Source: Verrucomicrobiota bacterium (GTDB lineage: Bacteria > Verrucomicrobiota > Verrucomicrobiia > Chthoniobacterales > UBA6821). Taken from it: a stretch of DNA of 64,000 nt. Every line of letters starts with the position of its first letter. Positions within the stretch are counted from its first letter, which is position 1. The stretch spans positions 128,004 to 192,003 of the forward strand of contig JAIOPL010000004.1 of assembly GCA_021413925.1 (NCBI GenBank), given 5' to 3'. A program made the position numbers and the translations under genes. Positions 1 to 9,004 of the stretch are shown one piece after another. The notes below the pieces were generated by a model, which was not told the origin of the DNA, made no database searches, and saw only the letters and a list, made by a program, of their open reading frames with translations.

Positions 1-567
1 AGGAATCACCACCAGTAGTAAAGGCAGTTTCGAGGAAGATTCTACGGTGATCTGCCATCGCTCCTTGTTCAGGTCCGAGGCGATGGAAAGAGCATTGTTT
101 TTCATCTGAATGGAACCTAAATCCGATGCATTAAGAGAGGCTATATCCTTGATCAGAGAGATGATGGTCGATTCCTGCTTGAAGACTGCAGATCCCTTGT
201 TAAGCACCTTGTTGTCCTCGGGCCAAACATCATTCCGGACTATGATGATTCGATCAAGCAGGAGCTTTCTAAGTGGAGCTGCCTCGGGTCCGAAGTTTCT
301 CAGTGTCCTGTCGAGGCTGATCGTATTGGCAGCGGCATCGTTGATGAGGACATTGACGCGGTCATAGGTTCCCTTGGAGGAGGAGACCAGCAGACCGAGA
401 ATCAGGGCCGCCATCGTGGCGATGAGTCCGGCGCCCAACTTGACGCTTTCATGGGAATCCTTGCTGAGGTGATGAGCGGGAATGAAGCGCTGGATCAGCA
501 TGCCGATCAACGCCCCACCGAAAATGCAGAGAAAGGCAACCGAAGCGACTAGGTAGGAATTCATCAT
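1..567 (-). CDS. Hypothetical membrane protein; C-terminal end lies outside the window
   Basis: The minus-strand frame from ATG (567-565) to position 1 has no stop codon (checked codon by codon). It begins MMNSYLVASVAFLCIFGGALIGMLIQRF, a TM helix. It is absent from the ORF track because it has no stop in the window. A DUF4239-like assignment is only a guess from memory. Confidence 0.5.
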   Translation of the reverse strand, partial: MMNSYLVASVAFLCIFGGALIGMLIQRFIPAHHLSKDSHESVKLGAGLIATMAALILGLLVSSSKGTYDRVNVLINDAAANTISLDRTLRNFGPEAAPLRKLLLDRIIIVRNDVWPEDNKVLNKGSAVFKQESTIISLIKDIASLNASDLGSIQMKNNALSIASDLNKERWQITVESSSKLPLLLVVIP

Positions 568-595
568 GTGACTCTATGCTGATTGAGGTAAGAAA

Positions 596-1855
596 TTAAA
601 CGGAAAGCGAACCAGCGGATACGGGCCGGGTTTCAGAGTTCAGATAACGGAGGGCCCCTCGCGCTGCCCGAGTTCCTGTTGCTAAGCAGCCTTGTAGGAG
701 ATAACCACCCGTTGGGGCCTCCCAGTCTATCATTTCACCTGCGACAAAGAGGCCTGGGTGTTTTTTGATCATCAAGTCATCATTCAATTCCGAGTACCGG
801 ATGCCACCTGCTGAGGATATGGCTTCTGCGATCGGACGCGGGCCGGTGAGTGGGATCGGGATGGCCTTAGCAAAACGGGCCAAAGCAAGCGGATCGTTCC
901 TAGATTCCTCAGGAGCCAAGTTGTTTATAAGAACATGAGCGGCCTTTCCAAGACGCCAAGCATTCTTGGCAGCGCTTATAATATTGCCTGAATATGAGGA
1001 TAACTTCTGCTGTAATTCCTGAACCGAAAAAGTGGGTTTTAGATCGATGAAGATGAGCGGATGAGGCATAGATCTTAATGAATGTCCCAGCTGGTAGATG
1101 GCTCCACCTTCCAGCCCGTACGCAGTAATCATCAGTTCACCCTGGATGGTTTTGTTTCCTGCTGATACCGCGATATTTTTCAAGGGTTGTCCCTCTGGTA
1201 ATTGGATGATGTCCGGATGCCAGCTAGTTTCCCATCCGCAGTTGGCCGCCTCGAGCGCGGCGATGGAAATCCCTAGATCCTGTAAAATTGGGATCCATTG
1301 CGCATCAGAACCGGTTTTAGGCCATGAGGCTCCACCAAGAGCAAGTATAACCGCATCAAAAATCGATGAGCTAACACCCTCAGGATGAGAGAACTCTAGT
1401 TCTATACGGCCATCCTTGGGTAAAATGTTTTGTAAATAATGACGTGCTGCGAACTTGACCCCGCTGGTGCGCAGTCTTTGGATCCAACTCCGCAGGAGGG
1501 GAGCGGCCTTGAACTCCTTGGGAAAAATCCTGCCGCTTGTCCCGATAAAGGTCTCAATCCCAAGCCCGGTAGCCCAGTCGCGGGTATCCTGATTGCTGAA
1601 GTCCTTCAGGAGTGATGTCCAGTATCTTGTTTCAATGCTTCCTTGATACTTCTCGGCGAAGCGATCTAAGGGATCCGAATGAGTAAGGTTCAATCCTCCA
1701 TGGCCGGCTACCAAGAATTTCCGCCCTACGGAGGGCTTGCCTTCAAAGAGCGTGACTTTTAGGTCCTCTCTACTCGCTCCCTTAGCAATGACTACGGAAG
1801 CCACTTCGGCCGCCATGAGACCCGCCGGGCCACCGCCAATTATGGCGAGATTCAT
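596..1855 (-). CDS. NAD(P)/FAD-dependent oxidoreductase, HI0933/YhiN (BaiN-like) flavoprotein family
   Basis: 419-aa ORF with ATG start. It has an N-terminal dinucleotide-binding motif (IIGGGPAGLMAA) and a C-terminal GLFVAGEMIDWEAPTGGY segment typical of this family. Confidence 0.8.
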   Translation of the reverse strand: MNLAIIGGGPAGLMAAEVASVVIAKGASREDLKVTLFEGKPSVGRKFLVAGHGGLNLTHSDPLDRFAEKYQGSIETRYWTSLLKDFSNQDTRDWATGLGIETFIGTSGRIFPKEFKAAPLLRSWIQRLRTSGVKFAARHYLQNILPKDGRIELEFSHPEGVSSSIFDAVILALGGASWPKTGSDAQWIPILQDLGISIAALEAANCGWETSWHPDIIQLPEGQPLKNIAVSAGNKTIQGELMITAYGLEGGAIYQLGHSLRSMPHPLIFIDLKPTFSVQELQQKLSSYSGNIISAAKNAWRLGKAAHVLINNLAPEESRNDPLALARFAKAIPIPLTGPRPIAEAISSAGGIRYSELNDDLMIKKHPGLFVAGEMIDWEAPTGGYLLQGCLATGTRAARGALRYLNSETRPVSAGSLSV

Positions 1856-1902
1856 CGGACAGGGAGGCCTTCTTTCTGAATATTAATACGTAAAAACAAT
1901 GA

Positions 1903-4677
1903 CTATCCGGTTGTTCTCAAGCCGCTTGCAATTGCGTTAATAGAAAGCAGAACGCGGGGAAGCAGGGCATCCGCCTTAGCTGGATTTTCCGTGCGCGCAG
2001 CCCGCCATTCCTTGATAGTCACAATCTGCTGCTCATGGAGAAGGGCCAAGGCTCGGGCGCGAAGTTGGAGTGTTTTACCCATTCGGGGGCGCCGTTCCTC
2101 AAGACTCCCTCCAAAGACCTTGCGGAGCTGTTCCTGGGTGCGCTGAAATTCCTCGGAGATGATGTTGAAGATTCTTTCGCGGATTTCCTTATCGGTCACG
2201 AGGGCCGCATAATCCTTCATGATCGGGAGATCGGCGCTGGCCATGTTAGTCTCCACATTCGATAGGACATAATAAAGAAATGAGTAGTTCCTAAGCTCGG
2301 CCTGAAGTGTCTTGAAAAGCTCCGGTTGCTCCCTCTCCAGGGCTTCTAGGGCGCTGCCGACACCGAACCAGCCGGGCAAGTAATAGCGGCACTGGTTCCA
2401 ACTGAAGACCCAGGGGATGGCTCTCAGGTCGGCTAGGCTACGCTGGCCGGAGCGGCGCTTGGGGCGTGAGCCGATACGACTCGACTCCAGGGCGTCGATC
2501 GGGGTCGCCTGGTCGTAGAAGGTGATGAACCCAGGCGCGTCGATCAGGGCCCGATAGGCCTTGCGGCTTGCCTTGGCCAGATCATCGGCAATACGCGAGC
2601 ACGTTCCGGTTTCCCGTCCCGGGCGCTTACCCGCGAGTGAGATGCCTGTGACGCCGGCTAGTAAAAGTTCCAGGTGATAGGTCGCCGTCGAGATGTCGGC
2701 GTATTTCTGAGCGATCGTCTCTCCCTGCTCTGTCATCCGATGGTCACCCTGCAATGCGCCCGGAGGCAGGGCGTCTAGGAAGAGGTGAGTGGGGCCAGCC
2801 CCGCGACTGATGGTACCTCCTCGTCCGTGGAAGAAGCGCAGGGCGATATTTGACTCGGCGGCGACCCTGGTCATGTCCTGCTGTGCTTCATGGAGTCCCC
2901 ACTGGCTGGCCAGAATCCCGCAATCCTTGTTGCTGTCGCTATAGCCGATCATCACCTGCTGGACCGGCAGTCGTCCCTCGCGGTGGATGAGGGAGGCCTT
3001 GGCAACAGGTTCGGCCAGAAACGCCCTGATCAGTGATGGGCTGCGCTCCAGATCGTCGAGCGTCTCAAAGAGAGGCACGATAGGCAGGGGAGAGGAGAGG
3101 ATACCGTCTTTCCAGTCGGTTAGTCCGGCCTCGCGGGCCAGAATGGGAATGACCAGCAGATCGGAAAGCTGGCGGGTCATGCTGACGATGAGGGCGCCGA
3201 CTCCCTCGCGGCCGTGTTCACGGATATGCTCGCGCAGGGTATCGTAGCAGCTCAGAACCGCATCAGCCTCGGCCCCGAGTCCCAGATAATGGTTTGCTCC
3301 CAGGAAGGGGCGTGGTGAGCGAAGTTCCTCATGGAGGAAAGAAAGACGCTTTTCTTCACTCCACGTGGGGAAGTTCTCTCCGTCTGGAATGTTGGCAGCC
3401 TTTAGGAGCTGGGCCATCGCAAGATCGTGTGTGTTGCTATTCTGCCTGACATCGAGCTCGGCGAGATGAAAGCCGAAGACGTCCAGGATACGCAGCACCG
3501 GCCAGACTGTTTCGCGAATGAGGCGTTGGCCCCCGACTTCCGCGAGACTTTCCTGCAGGATGGTGAGGTCGGCGGCGACCTCTTCCGGGCGACGATAGCG
3601 CGCACCGGACTCAGCGATCCATGCACGGTCTGCGGCACCGATTTGCAGTGGGAGACGTCCTTGGATGAGCAGTACCAGCTGGCGCCATGGCTCACCGGGA
3701 TAGCGGGCCGTGATCTGTTCGCCCAAAGGACCAAGCTCCCCGCGGAGCACCGCGACCCTATCGAGTAGTTGCTGGGAGGCCTTTTGGAAGTGGCTGGAGA
3801 GAGGGAGAGCCTCGGCGAGGGTATCGAGTTGGCGGTGCAGGACGATCAGGGCATTGAGATGCAACTCCCTGAGTGTTTCTTCCGTCACCTTCGCGGTGAC
3901 AAAGGGGTGACCATCCCGGTCTCCGCCAACCCATGTTCCGAAACTGAGATGGGGACGACTCTCCGGTCCTCCCATCAGTTCCGGTGGAAAGCCCAGCTCA
4001 TTCCATGCCCATCGCAGGCGCATATCGAGACGAGTAACCACTCCGGGAAGGATATCCCGGAGGTAAAACATAACGGCACGCCTCTCGTCGGCCACATCGG
4101 GCTGATCCAGGAAGATCTCTCCACTTCTCCAAAGTCGCTCCAAGCAGATCTTGATCTTGCGCCGGATCTCTAGTCGTTCGCTGGGAGTAAGATCCATGCG
4201 GTCGAGTTCGGCAAGAAGCTGATGGATCAGGCGGTGCTGGTCGAGAACCGCGCCGCGTTTTGCTTCCGTCGGGTGCGCTGTGAAGACCGGCTCCACGCGG
4301 ACTCCCGGAAGATAGGCGGCGATCTCCTGCGGCGTCCATCCCTTGGCGGCGAGACGGGAGAGTTGATCTCCCCACAGGCCGCGTCCGGAGACAAGCCCCT
4401 CGTGGATCTCACGTTGGCGACGTGTCCGTTCTGCAGCATTTGCCTCGACGATATTGAGAAGCTGGAAGGCAATCGAGTAAGCCTGTTCGAGCCCCCTCGA
4501 TCCCCCGGATCCGGTTTCCTCATTGTTGAGCCAGGGCAGACGCTTTCTAGTCTCTTCCTCACCGAGTTCCTCAAGCACCTCGTTGAGGCAGGTCATCAGT
4601 TCACGCAGATCATGGTCGATCTTGGCGAATCCGTCGGAGAGATAGTTGGTTTCCATGGAAAGTTCGGTGCGAATCAT
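1903..4677 (-). CDS. ppc: Phosphoenolpyruvate carboxylase
   Basis: Long ORF carrying PEPC signatures VFTAHPTEAKR, GYSDSNKDCG and FHGRGGTISRGAGP. The track start at 4701 is TTG, so the first in-frame ATG (4677) is used. The start is uncertain by a few codons. Confidence 0.93.
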   Translation of the reverse strand: MIRTELSMETNYLSDGFAKIDHDLRELMTCLNEVLEELGEEETRKRLPWLNNEETGSGGSRGLEQAYSIAFQLLNIVEANAAERTRRQREIHEGLVSGRGLWGDQLSRLAAKGWTPQEIAAYLPGVRVEPVFTAHPTEAKRGAVLDQHRLIHQLLAELDRMDLTPSERLEIRRKIKICLERLWRSGEIFLDQPDVADERRAVMFYLRDILPGVVTRLDMRLRWAWNELGFPPELMGGPESRPHLSFGTWVGGDRDGHPFVTAKVTEETLRELHLNALIVLHRQLDTLAEALPLSSHFQKASQQLLDRVAVLRGELGPLGEQITARYPGEPWRQLVLLIQGRLPLQIGAADRAWIAESGARYRRPEEVAADLTILQESLAEVGGQRLIRETVWPVLRILDVFGFHLAELDVRQNSNTHDLAMAQLLKAANIPDGENFPTWSEEKRLSFLHEELRSPRPFLGANHYLGLGAEADAVLSCYDTLREHIREHGREGVGALIVSMTRQLSDLLVIPILAREAGLTDWKDGILSSPLPIVPLFETLDDLERSPSLIRAFLAEPVAKASLIHREGRLPVQQVMIGYSDSNKDCGILASQWGLHEAQQDMTRVAAESNIALRFFHGRGGTISRGAGPTHLFLDALPPGALQGDHRMTEQGETIAQKYADISTATYHLELLLAGVTGISLAGKRPGRETGTCSRIADDLAKASRKAYRALIDAPGFITFYDQATPIDALESSRIGSRPKRRSGQRSLADLRAIPWVFSWNQCRYYLPGWFGVGSALEALEREQPELFKTLQAELRNYSFLYYVLSNVETNMASADLPIMKDYAALVTDKEIRERIFNIISEEFQRTQEQLRKVFGGSLEERRPRMGKTLQLRARALALLHEQQIVTIKEWRAARTENPAKADALLPRVLLSINAIASGLRTTG

Positions 4678-4867
4678 TGCCTCTGTGGTTAAAAAATCCA
4701 ACTCAACAGAGCAAAAACTTTGCCAAGAGCGGAAGGTGGGTGGAAGTGGAGGCCATTAGACTGAAGGCTGAAGGCTAAAGACTGTTAGGGGGAGGGAAAT
4801 GAAGAATGGGAAATGAGTGGATAGGTGGGAGTGGGAGTGGGCGAGGGGGAGATGTGCCGGTGATTTT

Positions 4868-4896
4868 TCTCCCGCAGAGGCGCAGGGGCGCAGAGG
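4868..4896 (+). repeat. Single copy of dispersed repeat family A (core GCAGAGGCGCAGAGG)
   Basis: The sequence tctcccgcagaggcgcaggggcgcagagg matches the copies at 12819, 12931(rc), 39607, 39783(rc) and 44606(rc). Confidence 0.75.
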
Positions 4897-4946
4897 GGAA
4901 TGAAGGTAGAACAAGGCTTCTGGGCAGAGGGGCCTTCGAAGGGAAA

Positions 4947-4979
4947 ATAAAAAAACCCCGCGTCCTTTCGGAGGCGGGG
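4947..4979 (-). terminator. Rho-independent terminator of the PEP-CTERM repeat protein gene (bidirectional-looking)
   Basis: The stem ccccgcgtcc/ggaggcgggg (9 of 10 bp, 4956-4979) has a tttc loop. On the minus strand it is followed by a T-run (plus-strand A-run 4947-4955). It lies about 60 nt downstream of the stop codon at 5043. Confidence 0.7.
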
Positions 4980-5042
4980 CTTTTAAAGGGTTTTGCTTCT
5001 GACCTAAGTCTAAAAGACTTCAGCCTGTTCACCTATGCCCTA

Positions 5043-8000
5043 CTAGGCGCGCTTGCGTCGGTAGGCGATCACGAGGGCCAGTGCACCAAGTCCCATGAGG
5101 GCGTAGGTACTCGGCTCGGGAACGGCGTAGTTCAGGACGACGTTGTTGCCGTTCTGGGCAAGGGAGAAGTTTCCGCCGGATAGGACATTACCGAAGAGAT
5201 CACCGCTGGCATCAGTCCAATTGGTGGTGTTGAGGGTAAGGTTACCAAATCCTGCCGTGGTACCGCCCACTGAGTAGAGCGTCCAGCTTTGGCTGGTCTG
5301 CCAGAAGGCATTGTTCCAGTCGACCGCACTTCCAGTCTCTCCGAAGGAGATGTTCAGGCTGGTAAGGCCGCTAAAGTTAAGGTCCTTGCCTACAAGGATC
5401 TGGTCGTAGGCAAGCGGGGAGTTGACGGTCGTGTTGTCGGCGAATTCGAGCAAGATGCCAGCTCCCGATTGGTAGGTGAGGTTCCCTCCGAAGGTCTGGA
5501 TGCCGGGGCTGTTGCCGGGGCTGTGGGTGCCCGTGACGACCGTGTCGGCAGCAACCGTGCCACTACCGCTGAGGGTTCCTGTCACGGTCATTGTTCCGGA
5601 TCCTGCAATCGTGCCGTTGGCCTTCACATCGTTGAGGGACTGGTTCCTCGTACTGAGGTCAAACTTCGCGCCTATGTCAATTTGGGCTGAGCTATTGGTG
5701 GCAAGCGATCCCCCTGCTCCGAGGGCGAGTGTGCCGGCGGTGATCTTTGTAAGGCCGGTGTATGTGTTGGCTCCACCGAGGGTCGTGGTGCCAGTACCGA
5801 GTTGATTCACGCTACCCGAACCGGAAATCTGGCTATCGATGGTAGTGGCGTCCCGCTGGTTAAAGTTGATGGAGCCGGTACCATCACCAAACTGGATTGT
5901 CGATGCCGTCACTGTACCCGCCGTATCGGTTCCTCCGAGGGAGCCAATATTTAGGACGCCAACTGTTCCTGCATTATTAGCGATGTAGATATCGTTTGCC
6001 ACAACGGAACCTCCCTTGGTCACCGTCAGAGCTCCTTCGCTGGTGGATCCCTGGTAGGCGCCGCCAATATTAAGAGCCCCATTGTTACTCCAAAGAGAGC
6101 CCGTTCCGGTTACAAGAGCCGTGTTTCCAACTCCTGCACCACTCCCCCCAATGCCACTCTCTCCGCCGGAATATACCTTGCCTCCAGCGGAGACGACCAT
6201 GGTGTTGCTGGAGCTAGCAACTGCATCACCATCGTAGCCATCCCCGATCCAAATCCCGTAGGAGCCGTATCGCGAGGTGTTGACCCATAGTGTGGAATTG
6301 GATCCGGTTACGGTGAGATTGTTGGCGGAGCCGCCGTATTCACCAAGTCCAAGCCATCCACCAGTATCAGCTACACGGACCGTACCAGCATTGGAAATCG
6401 TCAAGCTGTTGCTACTGGAGCCGTAGTAGCCAATGTAGAGAAAATCGCTGTTATTCCAAGAGCCGGAGGTGACGGTAACTGATCCCACCGTGCCTACACC
6501 GTTACCGATAATCCCAGAGGCATTATTCAGGGTGCCTCCGTTAACTAGGAGGTTGGTGCTGTGACCCGCTCCACTGTCGATCACGAGATTGCCGGTGCCT
6601 AAGTTGCCGATATTCAGGACGCCAGCCGAGACGGTTGTGGTGCCCGTATAGCTGTTGCTGCCGGTGAGTGTCGTGGTGCCCAAACCGATCTGCCTGACGT
6701 CACCAGTACCCGTAATCGGAGCCGTTACAGAGAGGGTGCCGCTGCGGTTGAAGATCAGTGAGCCGCTGTTTGAGACCGTGCCGCTGCCAATCGTCCCCGA
6801 GGTGCCGCCGTTGCCAACCTGGAGAATAGTGGCGGAGTCGATGCGGGTCGTCCCAGTGTAGCTGTTGGAGCCGGTGAGTGTTAGGGTGTTGCCGCCATAG
6901 GCGAGCAGTCCGAGGGTGCCATTGGTGCTGTTGCCAAGGTTGTTGGTGAGGGTGAAGATGCCCCCCGCGACATCAAAGCCGATCGAGGAGTTGCTCAGGA
7001 AGCCCTTGCCGCTGGTCCCGCCCAAGTTCGAAAGAATCGTGGTGATGTTACTGGTGGAGAACTGACCGGCGCCTCCGACAGCAAAGGCGAGGGTTGCGCC
7101 GTTGCTCACGGTGATATTGTTGGCAGTCCAGCTAGAGGTGGTGCCGTTGTACAGAGAGTTCGTCTTGGCAAACTCGAGGAGACCTTCTCCGACTGTGGTG
7201 GTACCGGTGTAGGTGTTGGTTCCACTAAGGAGCATGGTGCCCGCTCCCGTCTTGATGAGGTTGCCGGTCTGTTTGACCCCCCATGAAGCGGAGTCACCAT
7301 TGGCAAGGTTGCCGGTAACATTGAGGGTAGCCGAATTCGTGACTTGGAACGTGGTATTGGTGACTCCGGCTTCGCCGAGGGCGATGCCGGCTCCGGCAAT
7401 CGTGGAGGTGGCGGAACCGATGACGCTGACAAGACCTTTCAGTCCGAAAGCCGTGCCCGAGGCATTGGCTCCGGTGGCACCCAGGGACTGTATGGTGCCT
7501 CCGTTGAGCACCACGTCGCCAAGGGCATTGAAGTTCACCCCGTCGTTGGCAAGAACACCTCCCTCATTGATAGTGATCGTCGGGTTGATCGTAGCGTTCC
7601 ACTGAGCAAAGACATCCTGAACGGCAAACACCAGCTTGCTGCCTGAATTAATGGTGATGTCGTTGTTGGCATTGTTGGCCAGGTTATCGACAGCTAGGGT
7701 GCCTCCATTGACGGTGATGCCGCCGGTAAAGGAGTTATTTCCCGAGAGTGTCTGGGTGCCGCTACCGGCCTTCACGAATCCTCCCGTTCCGCTGAGAGCG
7801 CCGGAGTAGGTGTTGTTCTGGTTATTGGCACCGACGGAGAGGGTGTTGGCGCCGAGTCCCAGGTTTTGGCTGCCGGAGAGACCGCCGAAGTTGTAGGTTT
7901 TAGTTCCTCCGGCTGTAAAGTTCAGAGATTGAAATCCGGAGAGGACCACCGTCGATCCGCTGAAGGCATTCACATTTCCTATGTCAACGGAGGCGCCGCC

Positions 8001-8387
8001 GCTTGCCCCATCAAAGGTTGTGTTGCCGGTGTAGGAGTTAGAGGCGTTGAACTGCATTATGCCGCCGTCCTGAAAAGTCGCCCCGCCGGAACCACTGACC
8101 GATCCATTGATCACAAGGTTGCCATCGTTATAGGTTGTTTGAAAGGGCCAAACACCCGTAACGTACGAGGAATAGGCTCTGAAGAGACCTCCGTTGGTTC
8201 CCAGCACGATGTTGTTGGTGACCGTGAAAGTGATATTATTTCCCGCCAGAAGACCGCCACCGTTCAGCGTGACCGTCCCGGCCCCCACCGAGGAGACGTA
8301 GCCGTTGGTGACGATGGTCTGGGCCTGCGCGGAGGTGGTGGTGATCAGGGCGAGTGCGGGGATTAGGAGCAGGGCGGCTTTTTTCAT
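5043..8387 (-). CDS. PEP-CTERM-anchored surface protein with autotransporter-associated beta-strand repeats
   Basis: 1114-aa protein with signal peptide MKKAALLLIPALALITTTSAQA. It has many G/T/N/S-rich repeats of the form GxGTxxLxGxNxYTGxTxxxxGxL. The C-terminal VPEPSTYALMGLGALALVIAYRRKRA is a PEP motif plus TM helix plus basic tail. Confidence 0.85.
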   Translation of the reverse strand: MKKAALLLIPALALITTTSAQAQTIVTNGYVSSVGAGTVTLNGGGLLAGNNITFTVTNNIVLGTNGGLFRAYSSYVTGVWPFQTTYNDGNLVINGSVSGSGGATFQDGGIMQFNASNSYTGNTTFDGASGGASVDIGNVNAFSGSTVVLSGFQSLNFTAGGTKTYNFGGLSGSQNLGLGANTLSVGANNQNNTYSGALSGTGGFVKAGSGTQTLSGNNSFTGGITVNGGTLAVDNLANNANNDITINSGSKLVFAVQDVFAQWNATINPTITINEGGVLANDGVNFNALGDVVLNGGTIQSLGATGANASGTAFGLKGLVSVIGSATSTIAGAGIALGEAGVTNTTFQVTNSATLNVTGNLANGDSASWGVKQTGNLIKTGAGTMLLSGTNTYTGTTTVGEGLLEFAKTNSLYNGTTSSWTANNITVSNGATLAFAVGGAGQFSTSNITTILSNLGGTSGKGFLSNSSIGFDVAGGIFTLTNNLGNSTNGTLGLLAYGGNTLTLTGSNSYTGTTRIDSATILQVGNGGTSGTIGSGTVSNSGSLIFNRSGTLSVTAPITGTGDVRQIGLGTTTLTGSNSYTGTTTVSAGVLNIGNLGTGNLVIDSGAGHSTNLLVNGGTLNNASGIIGNGVGTVGSVTVTSGSWNNSDFLYIGYYGSSSNSLTISNAGTVRVADTGGWLGLGEYGGSANNLTVTGSNSTLWVNTSRYGSYGIWIGDGYDGDAVASSSNTMVVSAGGKVYSGGESGIGGSGAGVGNTALVTGTGSLWSNNGALNIGGAYQGSTSEGALTVTKGGSVVANDIYIANNAGTVGVLNIGSLGGTDTAGTVTASTIQFGDGTGSINFNQRDATTIDSQISGSGSVNQLGTGTTTLGGANTYTGLTKITAGTLALGAGGSLATNSSAQIDIGAKFDLSTRNQSLNDVKANGTIAGSGTMTVTGTLSGSGTVAADTVVTGTHSPGNSPGIQTFGGNLTYQSGAGILLEFADNTTVNSPLAYDQILVGKDLNFSGLTSLNISFGETGSAVDWNNAFWQTSQSWTLYSVGGTTAGFGNLTLNTTNWTDASGDLFGNVLSGGNFSLAQNGNNVVLNYAVPEPSTYALMGLGALALVIAYRRKRA

Positions 8388-8439
8388 TATAGTTTGGGTA
8401 GCTGTGGAGGAGGGAACTCTAAAAACCTTGAACGATTAT

Positions 8440-8455
8440 TTGAAAATATTTTCAA
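8440..8455. promoter_or_regulatory. Perfect 16-bp palindrome in the AT-rich region upstream of the PEP-CTERM protein gene
   Basis: ttgaaaatattttcaa is its own reverse complement. It lies 53-68 bp upstream of the ATG at 8387, inside a strongly AT-rich tract (about 8420-8530). Confidence 0.4.
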
Positions 8456-8616
8456 AAAAATAAAAAAAGTTTTTAACAAATTCAAGGCTTTTTGCTCCCC
8501 TCAAAAATATCTTATAAACCTCTAATCACCAGTATCTTGCATATCTATTAAGACGGGTTTCTAGAAGATTTTGGCGGGAATTAGAAAGCCGATCGGCGCT
8601 TGTGCCACTCGGTGCC

Positions 8617-8829
8617 TCAGGGTGAGTGGGGCAGCTTTTTCCGGGGAAGCTCTCGGATGAACGCCCAGGAAACCCATGCTTGCTCGCCGGAATCATAGGT
8701 TACCCGGAAGTGACTGCCTAATTCCTCATCCACAACCACGGAAACGGGAAATGCTGACTTTGAGATGAGGTTTGCCTTCCTGATCGATGAATGAGGCTCT
8801 AAAAAACAAAGGCCATCCTCGAACTCCAC
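8617..8829 (-). CDS. Hypothetical protein (orphan ORF with GTG start)
   Basis: 70-codon ORF with an in-frame stop five codons upstream of the GTG and an AGAGGA-like purine tract upstream. No family was recognised, so coding status is uncertain. Confidence 0.3.
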   Translation of the reverse strand: MEFEDGLCFLEPHSSIRKANLISKSAFPVSVVVDEELGSHFRVTYDSGEQAWVSWAFIRELPRKKLPHSP

Positions 8830-9004
8830 CTCAAAAGAATCCTCTCATCCCAGATACCGGGCATGCCTGATTCTGGAAAAACATCCCTTGCCGAATGAGG
8901 ATTTAAGAGGGTTGAGAAGTTTCATAGAATTCCCTCTTTCTTCAATTTTTGCACAAGGTCACAAACGAGGGCCCCCGTTTTCACCCTTTAACGGTTCTAA
9001 CTTT

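Noticed and set aside
4775-5183. Two overlapping ORFs (4775-5032 minus, 4806-5183 plus) in the ppc upstream spacer.
   Set aside because: Both translate repeat families A and B and the terminator hairpin (for example PSAPLRLCGRK from the GCAGAGG repeat). No start-site signals are present, so they are treated as artefacts of repetitive intergenic DNA.
8830-9004. Possible structured RNA or terminator between gatA and the orphan ORF (aagaggg...ccctctt stem at 8907-8938; gggccc-centred palindrome near 8965-8980).
   Set aside because: The stems are short and the loop is either too large or too small. The T-tract orientation does not match the minus-strand genes. No known RNA motif was recognised.
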